DNA of 64,000 nt from Planctomycetota bacterium (GCA_965223505.1 CBDCWP010000021.1:128001-192000); one strand, 5' to 3'. Shown: positions 40,948-51,018, counted from the stretch's first letter. Program-made: numbers and translations. The notes: generated from the sequence alone by a model not told the origin.

Positions 40948-42861
40948 ATGCAGACGGTGAAACAGGACCAATTCCTACAGGTCGCCTCGGTGGACGACGC
41001 GCGTACGCGTTGGTACGCGGCGCTCGCGCTCGATCCGCGCCCGGCGGAGCTCGTGCCGCTGGACCGGTCGCTGGGCCGCACCCTCGCCGAAGACATCGTC
41101 GCGCCCGGCGACGTTCCGGCGTTCGACCGCTCGAACGTCGACGGGTTCGCGGTGCGCGCCGCCGACACATTCGGTGCCGACGAGCGAACGCCCCGTCTGC
41201 TGCGGATCGCAGAGGAGTCGATCGATGCCGGTCACGCGCCGACGAAGGAGCTCGAAGCGGGGCACGCGGTCGTCATCGCGACCGGCGGCGTCGTACCGCG
41301 CGGCGCGGACGCCGTCGTCATGGTCGAAGACACGGAGACCGACGGCGACCTGGTGAAGGTCACGCGACCTGTATCGCCGGGAGGACGCATCAGTAACGCC
41401 GGCAGTGACATCACGCGCGGCGAGACGTTGCTGCGCGCGGGCCTGCGACTCTCCGCGCGCGAGACGGGAACGCTCGCGGCGTGCGGCGTCGACCCTGTCG
41501 CCTGTCGCGCACGGGTGCGCGTCGCCGTGCTCTCGACAGGCGATGAGATCGTCGCGCCCGGCACGACTTTGGCGCCGGGGCAGGTGCACGACGCGAACGC
41601 GACGCTGCTCGCCGACGCGATTCGCGAGCTCGGTGACGAAGCGCACGTGCTCGGCATCGCGCCTGACGACGCGGAGCCGTTGCGCCGGATGCTGCGCGAA
41701 GCGTGGGCGGACAGCGACGTGATCCTGCTCTCCGGCGGAACGAGCAAGGGCGGCGGCGACCTCTCGTACCGCGTGCTGGCCGAGGAGGCGGAGATCATCG
41801 TGCACGGCGTCGCGCTGAAGCCGGGCAAGCCGCTGTGCCTGGCGGCGTGGGACCGGAAACCGGTCGTGATCCTGCCGGGGTTCCCGACGTCCGCCATCTT
41901 CACCTTCCACGCGTTCGTCGTGCCCGTGCTCGGCAAGCTCGCGGGACGCGCCGGTTTGCCGGCGTCGACGATCCGCGCCAAGCTCTCCCGTCACATCCGC
42001 TCCGATCGGGGCCGCGCCGAATTCACGTTGGTCAGCCTCGTCGGCGGCGACGACGGCTGGGTCGCGTTCCCGATGGGCAAGGGCTCGGGCTCCGTCACCA
42101 CCTTCGCGCGCGCGGACGGCTTCTTCCAGGTCCCCGCGAACGTGGAGTACGTCGAAGCCGACGACGTGGTCGACGTCACGCTGCTCGGTCGCGACCTGCG
42201 CCCCGCGGCGCTGGTGATCGTGGGTAGCCACTGCACGGGCCTCGACGTGATCGTCGGCGACCTTTCGAAGACGCTGGGCGACGTCAAGGTGATCACCGTC
42301 GGCTCGCGCGGCGGCGTCGACGCGCTGCGCCATGGCGCCTGCGACATCGCGCCGGTGCATCTGTTCGACAAGGAACGCGGCACGTGGAACGAGTCGTTCG
42401 CGCCGCCGGGCACCCGGTTGCTGCGCGGCTACGGGCGAACCCAGGGCCTGGCATTTCGAGCGGAGCACGGCGACCACTTCTCCGGCGACGTCGAAGCCGC
42501 GTTCCTCCGCGCCGCGCGCGACGAGACGCTTCGGTTGGCGAACCGCAATCCTGCGAGCGGCACGCGCATCCTCGTCGAGGAGTTGCTGGGCGACGCGCCA
42601 AAGCCCGCGGGCTGGGCGACGTCGTACACGTCGCACACCGCCGTTGCCGCGTCGATCGCCCAGCGTCGCGCGGACTACGGCATCTGCCTCGCATCGGCCG
42701 CACGCAAGGCCGGACTCGAGTGGAGGCCCTGGCGTGCGGAGCAGTACGACTTCCTGGTGCCGGACGATCGCTGGACGTCTCCGGGCGTCACGGCGTTTCG
42801 CAAGACACTCGCGACGCCGAAGGTGCGCGCCGCCCTCGAGGACGCGGGGTTCGAGCTTTGA
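40948..42861 (+). CDS. moeA: MoeA fused to a C-terminal PBP/LysR-substrate-binding-like domain
   Basis: FDRSNVDGFAV, STGDE, SGGTSKG, KPGKP, LPGFP; C-terminal GSH...GSRGG...NRNPASGTR. Confidence 0.92.
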   Translation: MQTVKQDQFLQVASVDDARTRWYAALALDPRPAELVPLDRSLGRTLAEDIVAPGDVPAFDRSNVDGFAVRAADTFGADERTPRLLRIAEESIDAGHAPTKELEAGHAVVIATGGVVPRGADAVVMVEDTETDGDLVKVTRPVSPGGRISNAGSDITRGETLLRAGLRLSARETGTLAACGVDPVACRARVRVAVLSTGDEIVAPGTTLAPGQVHDANATLLADAIRELGDEAHVLGIAPDDAEPLRRMLREAWADSDVILLSGGTSKGGGDLSYRVLAEEAEIIVHGVALKPGKPLCLAAWDRKPVVILPGFPTSAIFTFHAFVVPVLGKLAGRAGLPASTIRAKLSRHIRSDRGRAEFTLVSLVGGDDGWVAFPMGKGSGSVTTFARADGFFQVPANVEYVEADDVVDVTLLGRDLRPAALVIVGSHCTGLDVIVGDLSKTLGDVKVITVGSRGGVDALRHGACDIAPVHLFDKERGTWNESFAPPGTRLLRGYGRTQGLAFRAEHGDHFSGDVEAAFLRAARDETLRLANRNPASGTRILVEELLGDAPKPAGWATSYTSHTAVAASIAQRRADYGICLASAARKAGLEWRPWRAEQYDFLVPDDRWTSPGVTAFRKTLATPKVRAALEDAGFEL

Positions 42862-43460
42862 TCCGCGGCGCGCTCGTTCTGTGCGGTGGTCACAGCACCC
42901 GCATGGGCGCGCCCAAGGCGCTGCTGCCGTTCGGCGAGGAGCTCATGTTGCAGCGCGTGGTGCGTCTCGTCTCGGAGGCCGTGACGGACGTCGTCGTGGT
43001 CGCGCGCCCCGGTCAGGAGATGCCGCCGCTTCCGAAACACGTGCGGGTCACCTACGACGAGATCCCCGATCAGGGTCCGCTCGGCGGCATCGCGCCGGGC
43101 CTGAAAGTCTCCCGCGCGGACGCGGTGTACGTAACCGGGTGCGACGTTCCGTTCTTGAGAACGGCCGTCGTCGACCTGCTCTTCGACCGGCTCGCGTCGA
43201 ACGACGTCGCCGTGTGCGAGACCGATGGGTTCACGCACCCGCTGGCGGCGGTCTATCGCGTCGGCGTGCTGCCCGTGGTCGAGAAGCTGCTGGCAACCGA
43301 GCGCCGGCGGCCGGTGTACCTCTTCGACCGGGTGCGGACGGTGCGCGTGAACGCGGCCGCGCTTCGGAAGGTCGATCCGAACCTCGACACGCTCGCGAAC
43401 CTGAACACACCGGAGGCCTACGAGGCGGCGCTGCAGTCGCTGTTGGGCGAGACGCCGTGA
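42858..43460 (+). CDS. mobA: Molybdenum cofactor guanylyltransferase
   Basis: LCGGHSTRMG.PK, GPLGGI, CDVP, N.NTP; TTG start overlaps the moeA stop. Confidence 0.92.
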   Translation: MIRGALVLCGGHSTRMGAPKALLPFGEELMLQRVVRLVSEAVTDVVVVARPGQEMPPLPKHVRVTYDEIPDQGPLGGIAPGLKVSRADAVYVTGCDVPFLRTAVVDLLFDRLASNDVAVCETDGFTHPLAAVYRVGVLPVVEKLLATERRRPVYLFDRVRTVRVNAAALRKVDPNLDTLANLNTPEAYEAALQSLLGETP

Positions 43461-43717
43461 TCCGGGTCGAGCTCTACGAGGTGGCGCGGCGGCTGGCAGG
43501 CGTCGCGAGCCTCGAGGTCGAAGCGTCGACCCTGGGCGAGGCGCTCCAGGCGGTCCGTTTGCGATACCCGGTGCTGGAGCCGGACGTGATCGTCGGCCGG
43601 CGCCTGGCGCCGCAGTGGCGCGCCAGCCGCAACGGCCGCGAGTGGATCGAGGATCCGGACACCCCGCTCGAGGTCGGTGACGCGCTCGTGCTCGTGAGCG
43701 CCTTGGCGGGCGGGTAG
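43457..43717 (+). CDS. moaD: MoaD/ThiS-family sulfur carrier
   Basis: 86-aa beta-grasp-like protein ending ALAGG; GTGA overlap with mobA. Confidence 0.85.
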   Translation: MIRVELYEVARRLAGVASLEVEASTLGEALQAVRLRYPVLEPDVIVGRRLAPQWRASRNGREWIEDPDTPLEVGDALVLVSALAGG

Positions 43718-43771
43718 CGGGAAGTCGAACGCGCTCCCGGCGTCCAAGTCGATGGTCACTGGGAGAGTCGC

Positions 43772-44653
43772 ATGCCGTCCAAGAGCGTCCTTGGTTGTGT
43801 TCTGTGTTGCGGGGCCGTCGCAGGGTTCCTCGCTTCGGCCTTCGTGCCGTGGGCGCCGGCCCACGCGGATGACGAGGAAACGGCGCGGCTGTACGTCAAC
43901 TGCCCCGAGGCCTCGGTGCAGCCGATCGTCGACTTCGTCGCGGAGCGGGGCGGCATAGTGCACGACATGGATTCGTTCAAGCGCCTGTTCGCGTCGCGGA
44001 GAGTCCCGCTGTTGCCGCCGCTGCAGTCGGGTGTCGACGTCATCACCGCGATCTACGAGTCTCTTGCCGCGGCCCGGCAAGAGGGCGAGGTGCTCGACGT
44101 CACGAGCTTGCACGTCCGCGAGCGACGGTTCCGCCTCACGGTGCGCATGTCGAGCTACGAGACGGCCGATGCGCTGCGCACGGCGCTCAACACCAACCCC
44201 TACCTGAGACACCGCATGGGGGAGGGCAACCGCGTCGAGCTCGGCAGCTCGTCGCGCACCAAGGACGGGCACGTCAAGCAGGACATCGCCGCGAAGCTGC
44301 CCGAGTCGGTCGGGGACGTCAGGGTTCCCGAGATCGTGCCGGACGTGAGCATTCGCGTCGCGGACGTCGACCGGATCGCCCTGAAGACCGACCTGCGTCT
44401 GATGCAGGCGGGCCCGGAGCGGCGCGATGCGAATCGAAGCCTCGGCGTGATGACGATCTCGCGTGAGTTCGTCTACGAGGCGACCGAGCTGGTGCGCCTG
44501 CGCGCGTTTCTCAAGCTGCTCGCCGAGCACCCGGACTTCACGGTGATCGACGTCCGCTTCACGATCGACGAGAAGGAATCGACGGCCGAGCGCCTGCTGG
44601 TCGGGAAGTCGACGGTGCGCGTCGCGCGCTACGGAGCCAATCCGCCGAAGTAG
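43772..44653 (+). CDS. Hypothetical exported protein with PilN/GspL-like and PilO/GspM-like segments
   Basis: N-terminal signal/TM; VTSLHV...LTV..SSYETADALRTAL..NPYL; LRAFLKLL...FTVIDVRF. Confidence 0.6.
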   Translation: MPSKSVLGCVLCCGAVAGFLASAFVPWAPAHADDEETARLYVNCPEASVQPIVDFVAERGGIVHDMDSFKRLFASRRVPLLPPLQSGVDVITAIYESLAAARQEGEVLDVTSLHVRERRFRLTVRMSSYETADALRTALNTNPYLRHRMGEGNRVELGSSSRTKDGHVKQDIAAKLPESVGDVRVPEIVPDVSIRVADVDRIALKTDLRLMQAGPERRDANRSLGVMTISREFVYEATELVRLRAFLKLLAEHPDFTVIDVRFTIDEKESTAERLLVGKSTVRVARYGANPPK

Positions 44654-44683
44654 GCGCGAGCTGCGACGTCCGCGGAGGGACGC

Positions 44684-45559
44684 ATGGGAAGGCATACGGT
44701 GCTCGCGCTCACGGCGGCAACGGCGCTCGCTCTCGTGGTGCTCGCCCCGAGCTGGTTGGACCGCTCCGCGGATGCGGACGGACAGCCGTCGACCGAGCTG
44801 GTCGTTCGGTGTGCACCCGACCGAGTGCAGTCGATCGTCGACTTCGTGACCCGGCAAGGCGGCACGGTGCACGACCGCGCGACCCTGGAGCCGCTGCGCG
44901 CGAGGGCACGCGGAGCCGCGCCCGGACTGCCGGCGATCAGGTCGATCATCCCGGTCTGGGACGGCCTGCACGAGACGCTCTCCGTCGTCAACGCAAGCGC
45001 CGGTCGGCATCCGGTCTCGCTCTCCCACGTGGACATCCAGGACCGTCGCATGCAGCTCACGGTCGAGACGCAAGACCGGAGTCTGATCGACGCGCTTCAA
45101 CGGGCCCTGCTGAAGCACCCGGTCGTCGCGGCGCGCGTCGCCGGCGCCAACCGTCCCGTCGAGCGCGCTACCGCGAGGAAGGACCGGAGCGGATCGTGGC
45201 GCGCCGACCTCACGGTTCATTTCGGGCGACCTGCCGAAGCGAAGCCGCCGACAGAGGACGCCGAGAGGACGATTCGCCTCGATGATCTGAAGACGGCATC
45301 CAAGCGTGCCGGGGTCGAGCTGATCTACGCGTCGAACGAGCACCTCGAGGCACATCGGCGCACCGGCCTCGCCACGATCTGGCGCGCGGTCACATACGCA
45401 CGCGTGGAGTCCGACGGTCTGCAATCGCTCTTGCGCGAACTCGAGTCGATCCGCGGCGTGAGCGTCGCCGTGCTTCGCGTTTCGGTCGATCCGGAGGGCG
45501 CCGCCGCGTTCGAGAAGGTCAACGTCCGCGTGGCCAGACGCATCCACTGGCGGGACTGA
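44684..45559 (+). CDS. Paralog of 43772..44653
   Basis: Shares L.V.C....VQ.IVDFV...GG.VHD...L and the overall layout with the upstream gene. Confidence 0.6.
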   Translation: MGRHTVLALTAATALALVVLAPSWLDRSADADGQPSTELVVRCAPDRVQSIVDFVTRQGGTVHDRATLEPLRARARGAAPGLPAIRSIIPVWDGLHETLSVVNASAGRHPVSLSHVDIQDRRMQLTVETQDRSLIDALQRALLKHPVVAARVAGANRPVERATARKDRSGSWRADLTVHFGRPAEAKPPTEDAERTIRLDDLKTASKRAGVELIYASNEHLEAHRRTGLATIWRAVTYARVESDGLQSLLRELESIRGVSVAVLRVSVDPEGAAAFEKVNVRVARRIHWRD

Positions 45560-45678
45560 GTTCCTGACGAACACGTGTCGATTGAAATCGCAGCGTTCGA
45601 CGTTGCGCGCCCGCGGCTATGCTGGTCCGGGGCAAGCGGCTACGTGAGGTGGTTGGAGCGCTCGACGTCTCGACCCGC

Positions 45679-47793
45679 ATGGTGCACGCGCAACGGAACC
45701 ACCGACGACCGAACCGGGGTCTGCTCGCCCTGGGACTCGCCGCTGCGCTTCTCACGGCGCTGCTCGGCTGCGGCGACGGCGAGCTCGATTTCGTCTTGCC
45801 CTCGGACGCCGTCTTCTCGGTCACCAACCCGGCGGGGATGCCCGTCGCCGGCGCGACCGTCTTCCTGGTGCCGGCATCGGATATCGACACCGGTGACGTC
45901 ACCGGAAACGACGTTCTCTCCGGCGCCGCCGAGACCCGCGACGAACCGCTCGAAGACGCCGTTCGCCTGCGCGGCGCCTCGTACCCGCGGGGCGTCACCG
46001 ACGCCGGCGGTCGCGTCCTCATCGCCGACGTTCCGTTCGGCACCTACTTCTGGTTCGTCCTGCCCGCGGCCGGCGACACCGAGCACCTTCCCGGTGGCGA
46101 AGGCTGCCGGCTCGCCCGGCAGAGCACGACGTTCCTGGGCACGACCACGTCGATCCGCCTCACGTCGCAGCCCTCCGCTGCGGCGGCCTTCGTCGGATCC
46201 ACGACCTGTCTGGCTTGTCACAGCGCGCACGGCGGCTTTCGTCAGCACGCACATCGACTCGCCTTCACGGTGCCGGGGCAGCTCTCGGCGCTGCAGGACG
46301 CGACGCGCTACCCGAACATCCAGGGCGGCTGGGCGACGTTCCTTCCCGCCGCCGTTCACACCGGCGGCACGCCCGTCTACTTCTCGGACTTCGACGGCGG
46401 GCGCGAAACCGACAAGTTCAAGACGTCGCTCAGCGATCCGCGCCCGGCCGAGACGCTCTTCGTGATCGCGTGGCTCTGGCGGGACACCGCGGACAACCGC
46501 TTCAAGATCACGCTCGAGAACGTCATCAACGCGATCGATCCACCGCGAACGCTCGTCGTCGAGCTGACCTACGGCGGGCCGTTGCACATGCAGCGCAGTC
46601 TCGTGAGCGTCCCGGGGCGCAACGGACGCTACCCACTGCTCCAGTGGCAGTCGGAAGGCGACGAGACGAAGTTCGACCGAACGCGCAAGGTGTTCCGCGA
46701 CTACCGACTCGACTCGTTCTGGAGCGCGGGCACGCAGACGTTCACCGACCCGCCGGTCGATACCGCCTTCGAGGGCAACTGCACCGGCTGTCACTCGAAC
46801 GGGTTCGAGCGCTTTCGGGACCCGGGCACCAACGAGTGGCTGTCGCGCGCCGTGTCCGACGTCGGCGGCGCTTTCGACATCGACGGCGACGGACCCGCCG
46901 ACGAGATCAACCTCGGCTGCGAGACCTGCCACGGCGCCGGCTCGGAGCACGTGGCCTGGGCGCAGGCCAACCCCGTCTCGTCGGCCGCGCGGTTCATCGT
47001 GTCGAACGCGTACTTGAGCCCGTCACGCGACATGCAGGTGTGCGGCCGCTGCCACGACCGCGTCGTCGGCAACGGCCCGCATCCCACGGGCGAGCCGCTC
47101 GATCCGCAGGGGCGGCGCGCCCGGCCCGGCATCAGCCGCATGCAGTTCCTCGCAAACCACGTCACGCGCAAGGGGCCCGATGCGGCCGACTATTGGAACG
47201 ACGACCTGCACAGCCGCAACCACTACCAGCAGTACGCCGACATGTTGAAGTCGAAGAAACACAGGAACGACCGCATCCTCACCACGTGCACGGACTGCCA
47301 CGAGAGCCACGGCAACGGCCCCTTCGTGCGGCATCTGCGCGCGGATCCCTCCGACGCGAACAGCGCGCTGTGCCAGCAGTGCCACCTGACCGACCACTTC
47401 CAACACATGTTCGACGAGACCGGCACGACCCACGCGGGCGACGCGACGACCTGCGTGCGCTGCCACCAGACATGGGCATCGCGCGCGGGCGCCGGACGGT
47501 ACGGGATCATCATCACCGGCGCCACCGGCACGGCGCTCGACCTTCAACGGACGTACTTCCAGAACGACCGACGCAGCCACCTCTTCCTCGGCGTACCGGG
47601 AAGACTGCATCCCGATGTCGCGGGCGTGCTTCCGGCGTTCGCCATGCCGATCCCGTTCACGAACGAGTGCGGGGCGGGCTGCCACAGCGTCGTCAATCTG
47701 CAGAACCTCAAACCGACAAACGGCGTCGAGATCGACGTCTCGCGCCGCCCGTTGCCGGACCTGGGACGGGGTGCATCGGGAGACGACCGATGA
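45679..47793 (+). CDS. Multiheme cytochrome c lipoprotein (7 CxxCH plus 1 CxxxCH)
   Basis: LLGC lipobox; N-terminal beta-sandwich; CLACH, CTGCH, CETCH, CGRCH, CTDCH, CQQCH, CVRCH, CGAGCH. Confidence 0.92.
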   Translation: MVHAQRNHRRPNRGLLALGLAAALLTALLGCGDGELDFVLPSDAVFSVTNPAGMPVAGATVFLVPASDIDTGDVTGNDVLSGAAETRDEPLEDAVRLRGASYPRGVTDAGGRVLIADVPFGTYFWFVLPAAGDTEHLPGGEGCRLARQSTTFLGTTTSIRLTSQPSAAAAFVGSTTCLACHSAHGGFRQHAHRLAFTVPGQLSALQDATRYPNIQGGWATFLPAAVHTGGTPVYFSDFDGGRETDKFKTSLSDPRPAETLFVIAWLWRDTADNRFKITLENVINAIDPPRTLVVELTYGGPLHMQRSLVSVPGRNGRYPLLQWQSEGDETKFDRTRKVFRDYRLDSFWSAGTQTFTDPPVDTAFEGNCTGCHSNGFERFRDPGTNEWLSRAVSDVGGAFDIDGDGPADEINLGCETCHGAGSEHVAWAQANPVSSAARFIVSNAYLSPSRDMQVCGRCHDRVVGNGPHPTGEPLDPQGRRARPGISRMQFLANHVTRKGPDAADYWNDDLHSRNHYQQYADMLKSKKHRNDRILTTCTDCHESHGNGPFVRHLRADPSDANSALCQQCHLTDHFQHMFDETGTTHAGDATTCVRCHQTWASRAGAGRYGIIITGATGTALDLQRTYFQNDRRSHLFLGVPGRLHPDVAGVLPAFAMPIPFTNECGAGCHSVVNLQNLKPTNGVEIDVSRRPLPDLGRGASGDDR

Positions 47794-48410
47794 TCCGCGT
47801 TTGTCTGCTCCTTTGCGCGACGTCGGCCGTGGTGGCCAACCTCTTGCCCGCGTCGCGCCATGCTCCCGCCGCGGCCGACGAAGAGAAACCGTGCTTCATC
47901 GGCGCCGCGAAATGCAAGCACTGCCACTTCCGGCATCACAAGACGTGGAAGCAAAGCGGCCTCGCCCAGGCGTTCGAGGCGCTGAAGCCGGGCGCGGCCG
48001 CCGAGAAGAAGAGGTCGAGCGGGCTGGACGTGAAGAAGGACTACACGAAGGACCCGAAGTGCCTGAAGTGCCACACGACCGGCTACGGCACCCCCACCGG
48101 CTATCCCGTGCCGGTGGCCGATGGGTGGACGGCCGAAGAGCAAGAGCGCGCGAAGATCAATGAAGGCGTGACGTGCGAGGTCTGCCACGGCCCGGGCAGC
48201 CTCTACGCGCCCTACAAGCGCAAACACAAGGACTACAAGCGCTCCGCCATCGTCGAGCGCGGCGCGATCGCGCCGGTGTCGTCCAAGACGTGCGACCAGT
48301 GCCACGTGCGCGAGTGTCCGACGATGGGGTCCGACTACCGTTTCGACTTCGCCGCCAAGCGCCGCTCGAAGCGCATTCACTCACGCGTGCGGCTCAAACA
48401 CCCGCACTGA
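47790..48410 (+). CDS. Tetraheme cytochrome c554-like protein
   Basis: Signal peptide; FIGAAKCKHCH, CLKCHTTG, GVTCEVCHGPGS, CDQCH; ATGA overlap. Confidence 0.9.
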   Translation: MIRVCLLLCATSAVVANLLPASRHAPAAADEEKPCFIGAAKCKHCHFRHHKTWKQSGLAQAFEALKPGAAAEKKRSSGLDVKKDYTKDPKCLKCHTTGYGTPTGYPVPVADGWTAEEQERAKINEGVTCEVCHGPGSLYAPYKRKHKDYKRSAIVERGAIAPVSSKTCDQCHVRECPTMGSDYRFDFAAKRRSKRIHSRVRLKHPH

Positions 48411-48426
48411 GGAGAGAACCCACCCG

Positions 48427-49950
48427 TTGACCCGGCACGCCCCCCTGCCGCTTCGCGTCGTCTGTGCCTTCCTCGCCCTCGCCGCCGGCGCGCTGGCCGC
48501 GACGGCCGACGACGACCTGCCGGCGCCGGTCCAACCGCCGCCGCCGACGCCCCTGGAGGCCGAGTCGCCTGGCGAAGCCGACAGCGAGGACGTCGCCGAC
48601 GACGACGAGGAAGCGATCCTCGACGAGACGTTCGACGAGGAACCGCTCGGCGCGTTCGACGAGGACGAGCTTCCGGTCCTGACCGCCGCACCGCCAAGGC
48701 TCACCTTCTCCGAGCTGTTTCACGGCTCGATCCGGGTGCGCTACCACGGCCGCTTCACGGGCAGTGACTCGGACAACGACGGGTTTGCGTATCTGCGCCT
48801 GAACTTCCGCGACGAGGACGACGTCGGTCTCTCGGGCTCGTTCTACGGCCGCCTGAGCCACGACATCGACGGGCACGGCGACGACGGCAGCTTCTTCGTC
48901 TTCGACTCGGTCACCGACTCGTTCACGCACCGCGTGAACGGACGCGTCTACCACGCCTACGTGGACTACCGCCCGTGTTGCGGAACGCCCCTCAACCGTG
49001 TCCGTGTCGGCCGGCAGCAGATCGACGGCGGCGAGTTCTTCCTCATGGACGGCGTCCACGTGCGCCTGAGCGAGTACGGACTCCGCCGGGTGCAACTTTC
49101 GGTGTTCGGCGGCGTTCCCACGCACCTGTTCGAAGGCTCGCCGGACGGCGACGTCATCGCCGGGGCGTCGCTCTCCGTGCGACCCTGGGGCGGCGCCGAG
49201 GCGCGCGCGGACTTCGTGTACCTCGAAGACGACAACCAGTTCTACGGCGAGGTCGAGAACGATCTGTTGACCCTGTCACTGCGGCAGACCGTCGGCCCGT
49301 TCGCGACGGCGCGCGCCTCCTACCAGCACTTCAACGGCGAACCGCGGTACGGCGCTTTCGCGTTCGACGCGTATCTGCCGAGGCGCCGCGCGCTCGTCCG
49401 CGGTGCGTTCCGGGGCCTGTTCACCGCGCAGAACGAGCAGGTGTTCGACCTCGACCCGTTCTTCGCCGTTGCGCAGCGGCTCGAGCCGTACTTCGACGCG
49501 CACCTGGCCGTCTCGAAGGAGCTCGGACGCTGCTTCCACGTCGAAGGCGGGATCGCGACGCGCCGGCTCTTCGACGACGCCGACGAGGGCACGTTCAATC
49601 GCGAGTACCAGCGCTACCACCTGAGCCTCTCGTCGTTCGATTGGCCGTGCCACGCGTTGTCCATGTCGCTCACCGGCGAATGGTGGCAGGGCGACGAAGA
49701 CATCGCGTCCGTGACGTTCGATCTCGACTACAGGCCGAGCGAGCGCTGGCGCATTCGCGCGGGAACGGACTTCGCACTGTATCGATTCGACTTCTTTGGC
49801 AACCGCGAACGGCAGAACGCACGCGGCGTGTTCGTACGCGCGACGTACCGGCCCGGCGAGCGTTGGCGCTTCGACGGACGGGTGCGCGTCGACCACGACG
49901 ACTTCGACACGTACACGACCGTTCGGTTCGGCGCGGAGATGGACTTCTGA
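48427..49950 (+). CDS. Outer-membrane beta-barrel (putative porin of a porin-cytochrome complex)
   Basis: Signal peptide, acidic linker, many alternating amphipathic strands, terminal Phe (GAEMDF); lies between multiheme genes. Confidence 0.78.
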   Translation: MTRHAPLPLRVVCAFLALAAGALAATADDDLPAPVQPPPPTPLEAESPGEADSEDVADDDEEAILDETFDEEPLGAFDEDELPVLTAAPPRLTFSELFHGSIRVRYHGRFTGSDSDNDGFAYLRLNFRDEDDVGLSGSFYGRLSHDIDGHGDDGSFFVFDSVTDSFTHRVNGRVYHAYVDYRPCCGTPLNRVRVGRQQIDGGEFFLMDGVHVRLSEYGLRRVQLSVFGGVPTHLFEGSPDGDVIAGASLSVRPWGGAEARADFVYLEDDNQFYGEVENDLLTLSLRQTVGPFATARASYQHFNGEPRYGAFAFDAYLPRRRALVRGAFRGLFTAQNEQVFDLDPFFAVAQRLEPYFDAHLAVSKELGRCFHVEGGIATRRLFDDADEGTFNREYQRYHLSLSSFDWPCHALSMSLTGEWWQGDEDIASVTFDLDYRPSERWRIRAGTDFALYRFDFFGNRERQNARGVFVRATYRPGERWRFDGRVRVDHDDFDTYTTVRFGAEMDF

Positions 49951-51008
49951 TGAACACGCCCGCACGAAAATGCGTGATCGGACTCCTGCTGTTCACCGTC
50001 TATCTGGTGGGCTGCCGCCTGTTCGCCCCGCCGGAGTGGCGCCCGGGCAGCGCACGCGCGCCGGTCGAGTTCGTCGGTGGACCGCGCATGGACCACGCCG
50101 CGCACGTCGAGCGCGGTCTCGCGTGCGCCGACTGCCACGCGCCCGATCCCAGGACGGGCGAACCCGGATCGCCTTCCCGCGACGACTGCGCGCAGTGTCA
50201 CGACGAGATCGACGAAGCCTGGCCGGCGCAGAAACGCGTCGCCACCGCGTTCTTCCGACCCGACGGAACGCCCCGATGGCGGCGCGCCGTCGCGGACTAC
50301 GACCCCGAGGTCATCTTCGATCATCGCGGACACGGCGCAATGAGCTGCCTCTCATGCCACGGCGCGGTGACGCGCCAATCGCGACGGGTGGCGGGCGAGT
50401 TGCACACGATGGACCAATGCATGCACTGCCACGAACGCCAGACGGCCGCGAACGAGTGCGCGACGTGCCATCGCGTCCTGCGCGACGACAAGGCGCCCGC
50501 GAACCACCGGTACCTGTGGAAGGAGCGCCACGGGCAGATCGTTCGTAATCACGGATCGATGGAGGCCGGCCGCTGCGACATCTGCCATCGCGACGCGTCG
50601 TATTGCGACGACTGCCACCAGGACGAGCCGCCGCGCGACCACACGGCGCTATTCCGGATCCGCACCCACGGCGTTCACGCGGCCATGGACCGTCAGAAGT
50701 GCGCGACGTGTCACATGACCGACTTCTGCCAGCGCTGCCACGAGAACACGCCGCCGCGCTCGCACCGCGGCGTCTTCGCAACGGGACGCAACACGCACTG
50801 CGTGCAGTGCCACTTTCCGGTGACCCAGACCCGCTCGTGCCGCGTGTGCCACTTCGAGAATCCGACGCACGACACGGCGCCGGATCAGCCGCCGTCGCAC
50901 TTCCCGGGGATGAGCTGCCGCAACTGTCACAACGCCATCGGCCAGGGCGGCGCGCGTCCGCTGCGTCACCTCGACAACGGGCAAGTTTGCGAGTCTTGCC
51001 ACCGCTAG
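49950..51008 (+). CDS. 13-heme cytochrome c (c3-like repeats), probable lipoprotein
   Basis: YLVGC lipobox; 13 CxxCH in 352 aa; [MF]DH..H distal His pairs; TGATG overlap with the porin gene. Confidence 0.92.
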   Translation: MNTPARKCVIGLLLFTVYLVGCRLFAPPEWRPGSARAPVEFVGGPRMDHAAHVERGLACADCHAPDPRTGEPGSPSRDDCAQCHDEIDEAWPAQKRVATAFFRPDGTPRWRRAVADYDPEVIFDHRGHGAMSCLSCHGAVTRQSRRVAGELHTMDQCMHCHERQTAANECATCHRVLRDDKAPANHRYLWKERHGQIVRNHGSMEAGRCDICHRDASYCDDCHQDEPPRDHTALFRIRTHGVHAAMDRQKCATCHMTDFCQRCHENTPPRSHRGVFATGRNTHCVQCHFPVTQTRSCRVCHFENPTHDTAPDQPPSHFPGMSCRNCHNAIGQGGARPLRHLDNGQVCESCHR

Positions 51009-51018
51009 CGGACTTGGC

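Noticed and set aside
46870..46910. DIDGDGPADE calcium-binding-like loop in the cytochrome
   Set aside because: Single short motif; not enough to call a domain.
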